Source: Cyanidioschyzon merolae (Eukaryota). Taken from it: a DNA stretch of 64,000 bases. The stretch lies in the NCBI GenBank assembly GCA_000091205.1, contig AP006494.2, one strand, 5' to 3'. A program made the position numbers and the translations under genes. Positions 20,814 through 31,209 of the stretch are shown here, piece after piece (positions within the stretch are counted from its first letter, which is position 1; every line of letters starts with the position of its first letter). The notes under the pieces are model-generated. The model saw only the letters and a program-made list of their open reading frames with translations, made no database searches and was not told the DNA's origin.

Positions 20814-23123
20814 TTGCGCACTCGACCTGGTTGTGGGGCAGTTGCCGAACTCAAGCGTTCTGTGGAGTTGAAGTCGCACTTCCGGGAGGAAACTGTTGCA
20901 TGCCTTGCACAGCTTCTGTTTCCTGGTAACGGACACGACGTTCGGCGTCAGCATCGTCAGAGTCGTTCGCGCTGCGCGTGCGCAACATCCGAAATGTCGT
21001 TCAGACCGGACCAGCTGAACCCAAACGACGAGTGGGTTCAGGCCCTGCAAGCACTGCTGCTTCGTAGTCACCGTGGCGTGGTTGTCCGCTTCCATGACGC
21101 TGACCAAGAGCAGCGTCGCTTGTTCGTGCACATCGAGTCCGGCAGGGCATGGCTCGCTGAAAACGCCGCTGCGGTCACCGGGGAACTAGACGCAACAGCA
21201 AACGAATCGGAAACCTTTCTGCGTGATCAGTTCCACCTGATATGCACTTCAGTTGCCGAAGAAGACTCCTTGGATTTACTCGTACATGTGCGAACCGCAG
21301 ACCATCTGGCGACGCTGGGTATCGCCTGCCAGCATGAAAACGCAACCCCGTTCGTGGTTGCACCGCCGCGACAGAAACTGGAGCAGTTCGCCGAGAACGC
21401 AGCGGTGCGGCTTCGGGTTCGTCGGGAGCAGAAGTCCCAGCCGCAAATCCTGTTTTCATTGACGAGTCTCGATGGGAGATACGCTCTCGCAAAGGCACCG
21501 TCGAAAGCAGATCCAACGCGGAGCAAAGGTTGCATTGGCCTCGAGCGCGTCTCGCTCGGCGGCGTCGTTATCGATGCTGCGGGCAGCCAAGCGCGCACAA
21601 GTGAAGCACGCTCGATGGCCCTGGGTTTTACCGTGAAAATGGACACGTATTGGATAGAGCGCGAGTGCTATCGCACGGTTTGGAAACGCTCCCAATTGGT
21701 GTGGCTCAGCAAGCATGCGGCGCACTGCCTCTCAGCTGACGCCGCAAAGACAAGCTGGGTGGACGTCGCACCGGCCCAAGTTGCCTGGATACGCGTTGCG
21801 GTAATGCTGCGGTACTGGCCTCAGCGGGTGCCGATCATGCTCCGCAATGGAGCCGTTGGAGGAAAGCCACTCGAGGGCGCCTGGTATGGCGTCGGCACGA
21901 ACCATTCATTAAGCCTCTGGCTGGACGCGAGTCCCGTAGTTTGCCTCAGAGACGAGTCGAGCGCATCGAAACCTCACTCGTGCTGGCAGGTTGGCGTCGG
22001 TCACGAAACAGTGTCCGCACCCGCCGTTTTTCGCATCGTATGGCGAGAGCGTCAGCAACGAGGATCGTGCTTTTTCGAACTTTGTTGCGTATCCGATGGA
22101 GCGCGCCCTGCAAACGACGGCATCGCATTGTACTTGGGAATCGACAAGCGCACCAAGCGGCTAGTGCTGAAACATCGTCCCCGGCAATGGGAAGCTTTTG
22201 AACTAGATACCGTCCAACGCGAGGAGCCGCAAGCAGGATCTGATGCGGATACCACGATAACACCAGGCGCTGCACCAGCATCTGGCGCTCGAGGCCTCGA
22301 GGAGGCATACTTTGCCGGCGCGCGACGCACGCTGCAGCGCGAGCGCACGCAGCACGCATCGTCTCCCGCGGATGCCGTGCAACGGCGGGAAAAGGCGCGC
22401 ACGCTGGCGCAGCGGCGCGCGCGCATTATGGACAGCGTTGCGCAGGCGCTCGCAGCGCGCGAAGCAGCGCGTTCAGTCGCTGCGCCCGCAGATCATACCG
22501 CAGCTGGCGCTCGCCGCAGAGGCGTCGTAGCCGATGATCGTTCCGCTGCAGCAGCGCCAGCGATGCCATCCGAGGAAACGAGCATCGAGGCACCGCATGA
22601 ATCAGGTGCGCAGCCTCAAACAGTGCAGGGCGCTATGTCATCGGGTCCAGCTCCATCACAGGTACGTTGTGCAGCGTGCCACGGGGCCATTGTTGGGCAG
22701 TACGTGCGCGCCTTATCGCAGAGCTATCATCCAGGATGCTTCGCGTGCAGCATCTGTCGACGGGCGTTGGCGCCAGAAACCAAATTCCGTACCAGCATCG
22801 GTAATCCGCTGTGTGAGGCATGCTACGCGGAGCATGTTGCTCCGCGCTGTGCCCGTTGCAAGGCACCGATTACCGATGTCGTGGTGACTGCCCTGGAACG
22901 CAAATGGCATCGCGGCTGTTTGTGGTGTGTGCGCTGCGGGCAACCGCTGTGTCACGAAGGCTCATCTGGCTCCAATACCTTCTACTTGTATCCCGGGCAA
23001 CCGGATCAGCCGCACTGCGAGTCATGTGTCCGCGGGAAAGATCGCGAACAGAGCGGTCGTCGCACGTTGCCGAGCCTTGGAGGCGGCATGCCCTCCGGTA
23101 CGGGCAGCTTCCGACTTGGCTGA
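20814..23123 (+). CDS. LIM-domain protein of 769 aa. Two C-terminal LIM zinc fingers (CAACHGAIVGQYVRALSQSYHPGCFACSICRRAL... and CARCKAPITDVVVTALERKWHRGCLWCVRCGQPL...HCESC) follow a globular N-terminal region of about 550 aa with unknown function.
   Basis: The Cx2Cx17Hx2Cx2Cx2Cx17-21Cx2(C/H) spacing is read directly and is present twice. The first plausible ATG after the GC-rich leader is at about 20994 (MSFRPDQLNP). Confidence 0.75.
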   Translation: MRTRPGCGAVAELKRSVELKSHFREETVACLAQLLFPGNGHDVRRQHRQSRSRCACATSEMSFRPDQLNPNDEWVQALQALLLRSHRGVVVRFHDADQEQRRLFVHIESGRAWLAENAAAVTGELDATANESETFLRDQFHLICTSVAEEDSLDLLVHVRTADHLATLGIACQHENATPFVVAPPRQKLEQFAENAAVRLRVRREQKSQPQILFSLTSLDGRYALAKAPSKADPTRSKGCIGLERVSLGGVVIDAAGSQARTSEARSMALGFTVKMDTYWIERECYRTVWKRSQLVWLSKHAAHCLSADAAKTSWVDVAPAQVAWIRVAVMLRYWPQRVPIMLRNGAVGGKPLEGAWYGVGTNHSLSLWLDASPVVCLRDESSASKPHSCWQVGVGHETVSAPAVFRIVWRERQQRGSCFFELCCVSDGARPANDGIALYLGIDKRTKRLVLKHRPRQWEAFELDTVQREEPQAGSDADTTITPGAAPASGARGLEEAYFAGARRTLQRERTQHASSPADAVQRREKARTLAQRRARIMDSVAQALAAREAARSVAAPADHTAAGARRRGVVADDRSAAAAPAMPSEETSIEAPHESGAQPQTVQGAMSSGPAPSQVRCAACHGAIVGQYVRALSQSYHPGCFACSICRRALAPETKFRTSIGNPLCEACYAEHVAPRCARCKAPITDVVVTALERKWHRGCLWCVRCGQPLCHEGSSGSNTFYLYPGQPDQPHCESCVRGKDREQSGRRTLPSLGGGMPSGTGSFRLG

Positions 23124-24188
23124 GAGCGCTTGCGGCCGTATGCTTTCTGTAGACGAGAGCACGTCGGCGGATCGTAGAGATCGGTTCCTGCCGAAAACCC
23201 GGTTTATGTGCAAGCCTGTACGAGGAAAAGTAGTTTGCGCAGCGGCGGCTTTGCTACTTGCGCAGCCTCTGCGTACGGTGCGCGCCCCCCGCAGGCTTTG
23301 ATGGCGGAGACCGGGCGATGACCGGGCCGCTCAGGGACCACCGCCCGCCCGCCCGCCCGTGCAAGGGAGCACCTGTTCTGTCCCGTGTCCACTGGTGCTG
23401 TGCAGAGAACACCCCATCACTGGATGCCTTCACGACGGTACTCACAACCTTTCCCGCATAGATTGTACATACAGGGTTGGCCACGTCCCGAGTCCCGCAT
23501 CGGGTGGCGGTTACTCTGCAGGGCGATGTGCATCGATGCGGTGCTTCCAGTTTGGAAATCCTTCGCGCGTCTCCATAGGCACCATTGTTGGCGGAGTGAG
23601 GCGGGCGCGGGTCGTGTCCCAACACAACACGCATCACCAGCCGTAGCTGCTGACAGTTAGCGGAAAGCAGTGCGCGATCACTGGTGCCCAGCGCATGCAA
23701 CAGAGCGTACCGGAGATGGCAAAGCAACGAGGTTCAGGTCAGCGGATCGAGACTCGCGCGTCGAACGAAGCAGCAGTATAACGGGAACGCGCGCGGCTGC
23801 TCATGAACAGCGAAGATGGCGACGTCACTCACGCAAATGTTCGGAGCCGCAAGCAGGACAGCACTGCCTGGCACAGCGTTGTCGTGGTCAGTGCGATGCT
23901 GCACCCTCGCGAATGACAACGGTGATGTTGCCGGTACTTGCGACTAGTCCAATACCCGCCGCATCGATAGAAACTAGTGCCTTGTGCCGGCATCAGACAA
24001 GCCCGCAGTGCTTCCGGAAGCGTGTCCGCTGCTTCTGCTCAGACGCTGCGGAATCTACTGTTATCATCCGAGGTGGTTTTGGAATCATTCTGTTCCCCGG
24101 TGTTAGTCTCGAGGTTTCGCAGCGTTCACGAGCCTATTCTCGTTTTGAGCCGGAGTAAAGCAGAGCGGACTGGTTTCCTGCGAATAAG

Positions 24189-25109
24189 TCATGATTTTCT
24201 GCGACTCCGATGACGTGTCCCCCCGAGCCCAGCGGCTCGTGCCAGCGCTTTCGCTCTCCGTTCTCGCTCTTTCTGTTTGGCTCTCAGGCCGCAAAGAATC
24301 TTCCGAGGGATCATCGGTCCACGATACGCAAACCAATCGATTCGTTTACGGCTGTGACGGCCATGCTTCACCAGTTCACCAATGTCTTTTCGAGTCTCAG
24401 CGAGCAGCTCGGCGATAGAGTCGTAGGTTCGTGCGGTCTCCTGCCGAGACGCAGCGCGGTGCGTTCCAGCGCGCGCTGCTCGCCGCCCAGGTACTCCATA
24501 TGACTCTTGCTCGCATTTTATCGTTTGACTGGTGCTCCAAATGCTGATTTCAGGTGAACACTTTGGCGAGCTCGCGGATCTGTCCTTGGCGGCGCGTTTG
24601 TCGAATCTTCCCTGCGTGGAAAGCGCTCCGCGATTACAAACCGCTGGCTTGGGCAGCCCCGCTCGAGTGTGTTTGTCGGACCCTAGACCCATTGCCGTAG
24701 CGTTCCCTGATGGTGAACTCGAGTGCTTTGGTTCGCGTCCAGTGCGCGCGTGCGGTTGCAGCTCGTTGGCCCTGGTGGGGCTTCCGACGGTTGCTTTCGT
24801 ACGAAGGCGTTTAGCTTCACGCTGAGGTGCTTCCGCGACCACCAGACTTTCAAGCTGATCGCTGTGTCTCCAGTCATCGAGACGAGCAGCGACTGCATCC
24901 TCGATGTCAAACGCCATGGAAACTCGCTGTCCCTTGCAGAAGAGAGCAACGTCGACTCTGGGCAATGTGGAACGCACCGGCGCGGGGGTCACGCTGCCGC
25001 TGGGTCGATGCCAACGGCAGCAGCGGGCGGAATGCCGGTGTTGGACGCAGTTGGAGCAGCGGGATCCGCGACCGTGGGTTACCTGGATTGACCAACGCTG
25101 TATTATCAA
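24189..25109 (-). CDS. Hypothetical ORF of 306 aa. It is basic and Ser/Arg-rich. I recognise no domain and it may be spurious.
   Basis: It is the longest ORF in a 5-kb gene-poor interval. Several + strand ORFs overlap it and the composition is ambiguous. Confidence 0.15.
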   Translation of the reverse strand: MIIQRWSIQVTHGRGSRCSNCVQHRHSARCCRWHRPSGSVTPAPVRSTLPRVDVALFCKGQRVSMAFDIEDAVAARLDDWRHSDQLESLVVAEAPQREAKRLRTKATVGSPTRANELQPHARTGREPKHSSSPSGNATAMGLGSDKHTRAGLPKPAVCNRGALSTQGRFDKRAAKDRSASSPKCSPEISIWSTSQTIKCEQESYGVPGRRAARAGTHRAASRQETARTYDSIAELLAETRKDIGELVKHGRHSRKRIDWFAYRGPMIPRKILCGLRAKQKERERRAKALARAAGLGGTRHRSRRKS

Positions 25110-26553
25110 GAAAACAAGCTGCCCTGGGGCCTGCGGAACCTAGATGCGTCAGCGGCGGTGCTAGAGCTCGTTTGCTGGTTACTAGCAGGAGTTGCGCCCC
25201 TTTGCGGGGGTCTGGTAGGATGCAGCGGTACAACTCATGAAATTGGCTACAGGCATGAGCTTGCCCAAAGGCAACACCCTCGATCAGCTAGGAACATTAG
25301 GTTGGGATTGTCAGGAACTATGACGACCCAGTAACTGTTCGGGTATACAGAGCACGGTTTCCAGCGACGGCAGCCGTGCTGGGAATCGCGCACTGAGCGT
25401 GGGAAAGCTTCAGCGCTCGCTTTGAGGCGGCGCCACTTGCGTGAAGGGCGCGTCGCTCTCGCACATATCTGTATCCGATCAAATACGCAGAGCAAACTTT
25501 TCTCTCGCGACTTTCAGAGAAAGACAAGCCGTGCAGCGAGCAAGTGCTTGCACTGGGTCCTGCTGTGGCGTTGGATCCATACTGGGTCTTGTGCTGCTCA
25601 GAAAAGCCGTGAGGAAAGGGAACAGCGCCGTTCGCGATAGACGACCTGCACGAAGAACGCCGGAGACTCGAGACCTCCGTTGAACGACCGAAGTGGATGG
25701 GAGGCATTCACCAAAAGAGTTCTTCGAGAGTCGTCTACTTGCGGACCTGCATAGACGCACAGTGCCCACTGTGAAGCTCAGCGTCTTGTCCATGCGCCAT
25801 GCAAGTTGTTCATGTGGGGGCGCTTGAAACCCATAAAAGTACAGCTTTCAAGCGGTTGGGTCGGTTCTGCAACTTTCGATGGTTATGGTCCTGCAATATC
25901 GCTGAATCGAGTCCAGTACCCGAATGCCAACCGACATGTGAAAATAGAGAGAATACGCGAGTCATCGCGGTAGCAGAGTGCATAGACCACGGATCTCCTG
26001 GGTCATGATCATGAGACCCTACACCTAGTTCATTGGGTCGCAAAGTTCCAGCGGATGCGTCCAGCTAACCGCGCCCGCAAAGTCAACCACGCTGTACTCG
26101 CCTAGCCGCGAACCCTTCATGAAAGCTCTCGTTGTCTATTCGCTTTGAATGAGGGCGTGCTGCTTCAAACAGTATCCGGTTTCTCTACGAGTCGGTCACT
26201 TGACCGAATCACTGAACGTGTGCTATGCTCAGGCCGCTGTGTCCGCTCTTGGACACTATGCAGGATGCAGCGTACTTGTGAGTATGTGTTCATAGGAGCG
26301 ATAAACATTTCACAACCATGGGGTGTACATCTACATCCACTCTCAGACGCCTCCCAGGCTTTATTGAGCGGCGGCCTGCAAGCGGTCCCAGTGTACCCCG
26401 GCACACACTCCGCGCCTGAGAGGCTATCCGACAATGTTGGCGAGCATCAGCGTCGCGGGTCTGGTCTTCAGCATCACACGTTTTCTGAGCTCGATGCCGG
26501 CGTTGTAGTCTCGGTTCAAGAACTCATTTGCTTATTGCATCAGGTGGAACATG

Positions 26554-27027
26554 TCAATGCAAGGGTTCCTCGAACTCGTCCTCTCTGTGCCTCAATAGTC
26601 TCGTCATCGTTCCGTATGGCAGACGCGTTTTCTCGACCAATTGCCCGATTCTCCTTGTTCTTCGCAACTTGCTCTTCTTCTCTCGATGGTAGACGAGAAG
26701 CAGAGATTTTCGTTGTTTTTCGGCAGCTGGCGGCACCAGGTGTCCATGATCCTCGACTTGAATGTCCACACACATTCCTCTTGGATTTTTTATTTCCTTA
26801 AATAAAGGCACCTCTTTATGACCGTAGGTAGCGACCTTCCCGGACAGGGAAGAACTTGCGCAAGCACCACGAAATGTGCCCCAGTGCCACCATGTACTAT
26901 ACGCTTCAGCGATTCGCCCACTGGGGCACTCGTTCCGTTTCCCGATGAAGAACACTCCTTCAATGAGATTGAGCCACGGGGCGTACAGAGTACTGAAATG
27001 CAGCTCTAGCCCCGATACAACCCGCAA
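26554..27027 (-). mobile_element. Decayed fragment of a Tc1/mariner-type DDE transposase. The minus-strand translation reads LYAPWLNLIEGVFFIGKRNE, which resembles the conserved C-terminal transposase block (L)PxYSPDLNPIENxWxxLKRK. Frame interruptions lie upstream.
   Basis: The motif is at about 26929-26988 on the minus strand. No intact transposase ORF surrounds it, and terminal inverted repeats were not identified by eye. Confidence 0.4.
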
Positions 27028-28184
27028 AACCTCGAACGAAACGTGAATGGCGAAATGCCATGCTGATCAATACAAGGACGTTGCCATACATCAGGGAAAA
27101 GTCTTCAGCGATTCGACAAAGTGCTTGGTGCTGTTGTATGAGGCTTCCCTACAAGCCAAACTGAGGCCGCAGACTGAACCCACTGCAGTTCGAAAAGAAG
27201 ACGCCGTCGTTGTCTTCGAGTTCAATCGGACCTACAACGAACGCCCGCTTCGCAAATACCCACGTGGGATACGACCGCATCATCCGATGAATGCCTCATC
27301 GTCTGGAGAAAGAAACCGACGACCCCGTGCTTCACACCGATAACGGCCTTCTAGGAATGAAGTGCTTGCAATTTCAGGGGAAGATGGCCGTGTGTGAAAC
27401 TGGATTCTTTTTTATGATTGTAGCCCAGTGGTTTGGGGACCACACGAACGAGCTGCTGAGAAACAGAGACACCTGTTGTGGCTGCTATGGTCTCTTTTGC
27501 CGTAGGTAATGTGCTGAACGTGTTGTTTTCAACCCTGGGCCGCTGACAGTCTTGGAGAATAGCAGTTTTTGAATCGCATACTGCATATACTTGTTTCTTT
27601 CGGTGGTCCTCAACCATCTGAGTACTGTGACACGACTGACCTGGAGTAGGAATACAGTCCCGCTTGCACTGTTCAGGAAATAAAATATATCCTGCATTCA
27701 TAATGTCGACAATCTATAGGCAACATTGCATAGTCATGTCGTTTTCCTTCTACTCATCGAAGCTGCGGTGGTGGAACAGAATTGAGTCTACAGACAAGCA
27801 GCGGCTACATCTGTTGCTGGAAGCGTACCCGAACGGCCTTCGGCGGCGACTGCCTTCGGCCAACGACGACGCCCTGGGGTTTTCCAAGTCTTGGACTTGT
27901 TAGCGCTTCGCGCTGCTACGGAAACGACGACTTCTGTGGTACTCGAAGCGCAGGACTGGCTGCTTGGTTTTCATACGAAGGTTCTCGCGAGGCCTCCAGA
28001 ACTCCAGCGATAGGTTGACGCTCGCGTCACTCTTTGCGTGTTCGTTTGAGGCAGCACCTGCGGACAGTGCTTTTGCGTTCAAACCCGTACTACACGTCGC
28101 ATTTGTAGCTCTCTAAAACACTCTTCTATTTACAATAGACGAAAATTCCGTGCTTAGAAGTTTAAGCATTCCTCGCCTCGCGTC

Positions 28185-29753
28185 GTGCCCGGACACTCTT
28201 CCGTGCAGCGAAGGAAGAGAACGTGGTCGGACCACAGAGCAGCGCTCGTACGGATAGCGCTCGGGAATCTCATTTTGACTGTTCGACTAGAGCATCTTTG
28301 TTCAAAGGCACTATCTATGGCAGCGTCTCAAGTTGCGGAGCGTGTGCAGGAGCTGCACCTCGACGACAACGGCAGAGGACCAGGATCCGAGTCACCAGAA
28401 CGGGTCCGAAACTTGAACATTGTGTTCATCGGACACGTAGACGCCGGCAAGTCGACACTGTGCGGCCACCTGCTCTACCTGACTGGCAACCTCGACGAGC
28501 GCACGTTGGAGAAATACGAAAAGGAGGCGAAGAGCAAAGGTCGCGAGTCATGGAAGTTCGCTTGGGCGCTCGATCTCACCGAACAGGAACGAAGCAAGGG
28601 AAAAACCACGGATTATGGCGTAGCTTCATTCCGAACCGCAACGAAACATATCACGATTATTGATGCGCCTGGCCACAAGGCCTATGTGCCGGCGATGATC
28701 TCAGGCACCGGACAAGCTGATGTGGCTATACTGGTGATTTCGGCCCGCAAGGGAGAGTTCGAGGCCGGCTTCGAACGAGGCGGACAGACCCGCGAGCACG
28801 CTATGCTCGCAAAAACGGCTGGTGTGCGACAACTCATCGTCGTCATCAACAAGATGGATGAACCTACCGTGCAGTGGAGCGAGGAGCGCTTTCGGGAGAT
28901 CTGCGACAAACTGGCACCCTTCCTGAAGCAGATTGGATATCGGCCGCAGGAGGTCAGCTGGGTACCTGTCAGTGGCTTCACAGGTGAGAATTTGCGCGAA
29001 CCGGTTCATCCAAGCACGTGTGCATGGTACAAAGGCGGATCGCTGCTCCAAGTGCTCGATGCACTGAAACTACCACCGCGGCCGCTGGATATGCCGGTGC
29101 GCATGACTGTCGTGGACAGATTTCGAGATATGGGCGTTTGTATCCTAGGCCGAGTCGAAGCCGGTACGATTCGCAGCGGTGATCGGCTACTGCTCATGCC
29201 ACCGCGACTTGTCGTGCATGTCACGAGCATCACAATGGATGCCGAGGAGGTGCCGCTCGCTGAGCCCGGAGACAACGTCAAGCTGCTTGTGAAAGGCGTC
29301 GAGGAAGACGATATTCATTCGGGTCAGGTGCTCTGTGCAGAGAACGATCCCGTTGAAGCGACAACGACCTTCGATGGCCAAGTGATGCTGGTCGAGCACA
29401 AGTCCATTCTGACTGCGGGGTACCGCTGTATTGCGCATATTCAAGCAGCGGCCGTTGAGGTTGTTTTCGAGCGTCTCCTCGCTGAGGTTGATCGCCGCAC
29501 AAACCAGATCGTCAAGAAACATCCCAAGTTTGTGCGACCCGGAAGTACCTTTATTGCGCGGTTAAGCGTCGCGCAGCCGGTCTGCGTTACCGCGTTCAAA
29601 GAGTTTGCGCCTCTGGGTCGTTTCATGCTGCGGGATGAGGGCACCACCATAGGAGCCGGGGTGGTGCTACGCATTCCCAGTCAACGAGCGAAATCGGAAA
29701 CAAATGCCGTTGTTTACCCTGATACGAACAAAACCGGAGCCGATGGACCCTAA
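28185..29753 (+). CDS. ERF3: Eukaryotic release factor 3 (eRF3/SUP35/GSPT family) translational GTPase. The G domain (NIVFIGHVDAGKSTL, DAPGH, NKMD) is followed by the EF-Tu-like domains II and III. The probable start is the ATG at 28319 (MAASQVAERV...).
   Basis: The G1, G3 and G4 motifs are read directly. GFERGGQTREHAMLAKTAGV and INKMDEPTVQWSEERF match eRF3 (GFEKGGQTREHAMLAKTAGV and INKMDDPTVNWS) better than HBS1, which lacks the PT insertion. Only about 35 residues precede the G domain, where eRF3 usually has a long N-terminal region. Confidence 0.85.
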   Translation: MPGHSSVQRRKRTWSDHRAALVRIALGNLILTVRLEHLCSKALSMAASQVAERVQELHLDDNGRGPGSESPERVRNLNIVFIGHVDAGKSTLCGHLLYLTGNLDERTLEKYEKEAKSKGRESWKFAWALDLTEQERSKGKTTDYGVASFRTATKHITIIDAPGHKAYVPAMISGTGQADVAILVISARKGEFEAGFERGGQTREHAMLAKTAGVRQLIVVINKMDEPTVQWSEERFREICDKLAPFLKQIGYRPQEVSWVPVSGFTGENLREPVHPSTCAWYKGGSLLQVLDALKLPPRPLDMPVRMTVVDRFRDMGVCILGRVEAGTIRSGDRLLLMPPRLVVHVTSITMDAEEVPLAEPGDNVKLLVKGVEEDDIHSGQVLCAENDPVEATTTFDGQVMLVEHKSILTAGYRCIAHIQAAAVEVVFERLLAEVDRRTNQIVKKHPKFVRPGSTFIARLSVAQPVCVTAFKEFAPLGRFMLRDEGTTIGAGVVLRIPSQRAKSETNAVVYPDTNKTGADGP

Positions 29754-31209
29754 AATCCCTCGCACAGACCCGGGTGCAGACAACCTAGTCACTAGTGGGT
29801 GTACCATCCGAGATCGCAGCATGTGCGGCATCGCTGCGCCGTCTGACGCGGGGCTTGATCCATGGATCATCGCCGGTGACACCGTTCCCGGGAACACGCA
29901 CGCGCAGGACACGTTGCGGCGTCGTGTCAAGTGCAATCGAATGGCGGGATTCGAGCTGCGCAGGCCCGGCGTCCGAGTGTCGCATGCGTGCGGATCCGAA
30001 TGGACACACCCCAGGCAGCTGTGGATGCCTGACCTGCGGGGTCACGGTGCGCACACGAGGGCCGAGAGGCGCGGTGTGCGGCGCGCGCGAGCCGAGGTCA
30101 CTCCTGGCTTCCAGGGCATGCGACATCGAAGGAGGAATCCCGACTCCAGCAAGCCCAGGTGTCTCTGTGTGTCACTTTCTTGCACTTGGGGATATCTGCA
30201 GGGCGTGCTATGCCCCGTATTTGAACTCTTCACTGGTATTCATGGGGAATGGTGTGTGCGTTAGCGCCAAAGGCGGACGGTATCCGGTATATCGCATGCA
30301 GGCTGCGGCCTGATGCGTCATCACCCGCAGCACGATCTCGATGCGTATACGCGTTGTTTGCTTTTCAGGCGGCACAGAATCGTTTCCAGGAACGAGAGAT
30401 ACGTCACTGCTTGATGGTTATCGGCATCCGGGAGAGGCGTACTCGCAATGCGGATACGAATCCCGCCCCCTGTGTGTGCTCGGTAGCGCGGGGCTGCCCA
30501 GTTCCATCCCAGAGCCGAAAATCGCCATCCCATGTGCGTCGTCCGGGCGCCATCGGTGGCTCGCAGCGGCAGCGAAGTGCAGGGCGACAGGCACCTTTGT
30601 TCCGTGCATGCAAGCTCGATAGGCGTACCGGTTGACCGCATACCTCCGACGACGCCTACCTGCTGCAGTTTTGCGAGTCCCGTCAGCGCTCCGGCACCTG
30701 TTTCGAACACGTAACAGATCCGAATACCAGCAGAAGATTGGATTGCAGCGCTTGGTGGAGGCCGCTGGAAGCACCCGGCGCTCCGTGCTTCACTTGGAAG
30801 TTACCCAGCGCTCTGCTGTAAAGAACACACGACGCACCACACTCGAGTTATCGAGGACAGCACCCGAAATATGAAATCAGCAGGATCACGTCTGCTTATT
30901 GCGTCTCTTACCATGAAACAGCGCGCCTGTCAAATTACCCGCTACGGTACGGTTATACCAGCTGCAGACGAGCCAGTAAAGCCTACCTCACGGAATCGAC
31001 GCGACAGCGACTGCAGCTGCGTGACTGGCGGCCTCATCGAGCGTAAGTGGCGACATCGCGCACGGCCCTGAACTGCCGTCGAGTTCGGAGAGCGCCTGGG
31101 TATCGTGCTTCAGAAGAGCGGAAAGGTGGTTGCTGCTCTTTGCTCAGACGTTTTTTGTTCGTGTCATTGCTCCCTGTTTGGGGCATACACTTCCTCTCTG
31201 ATCTCCTGA

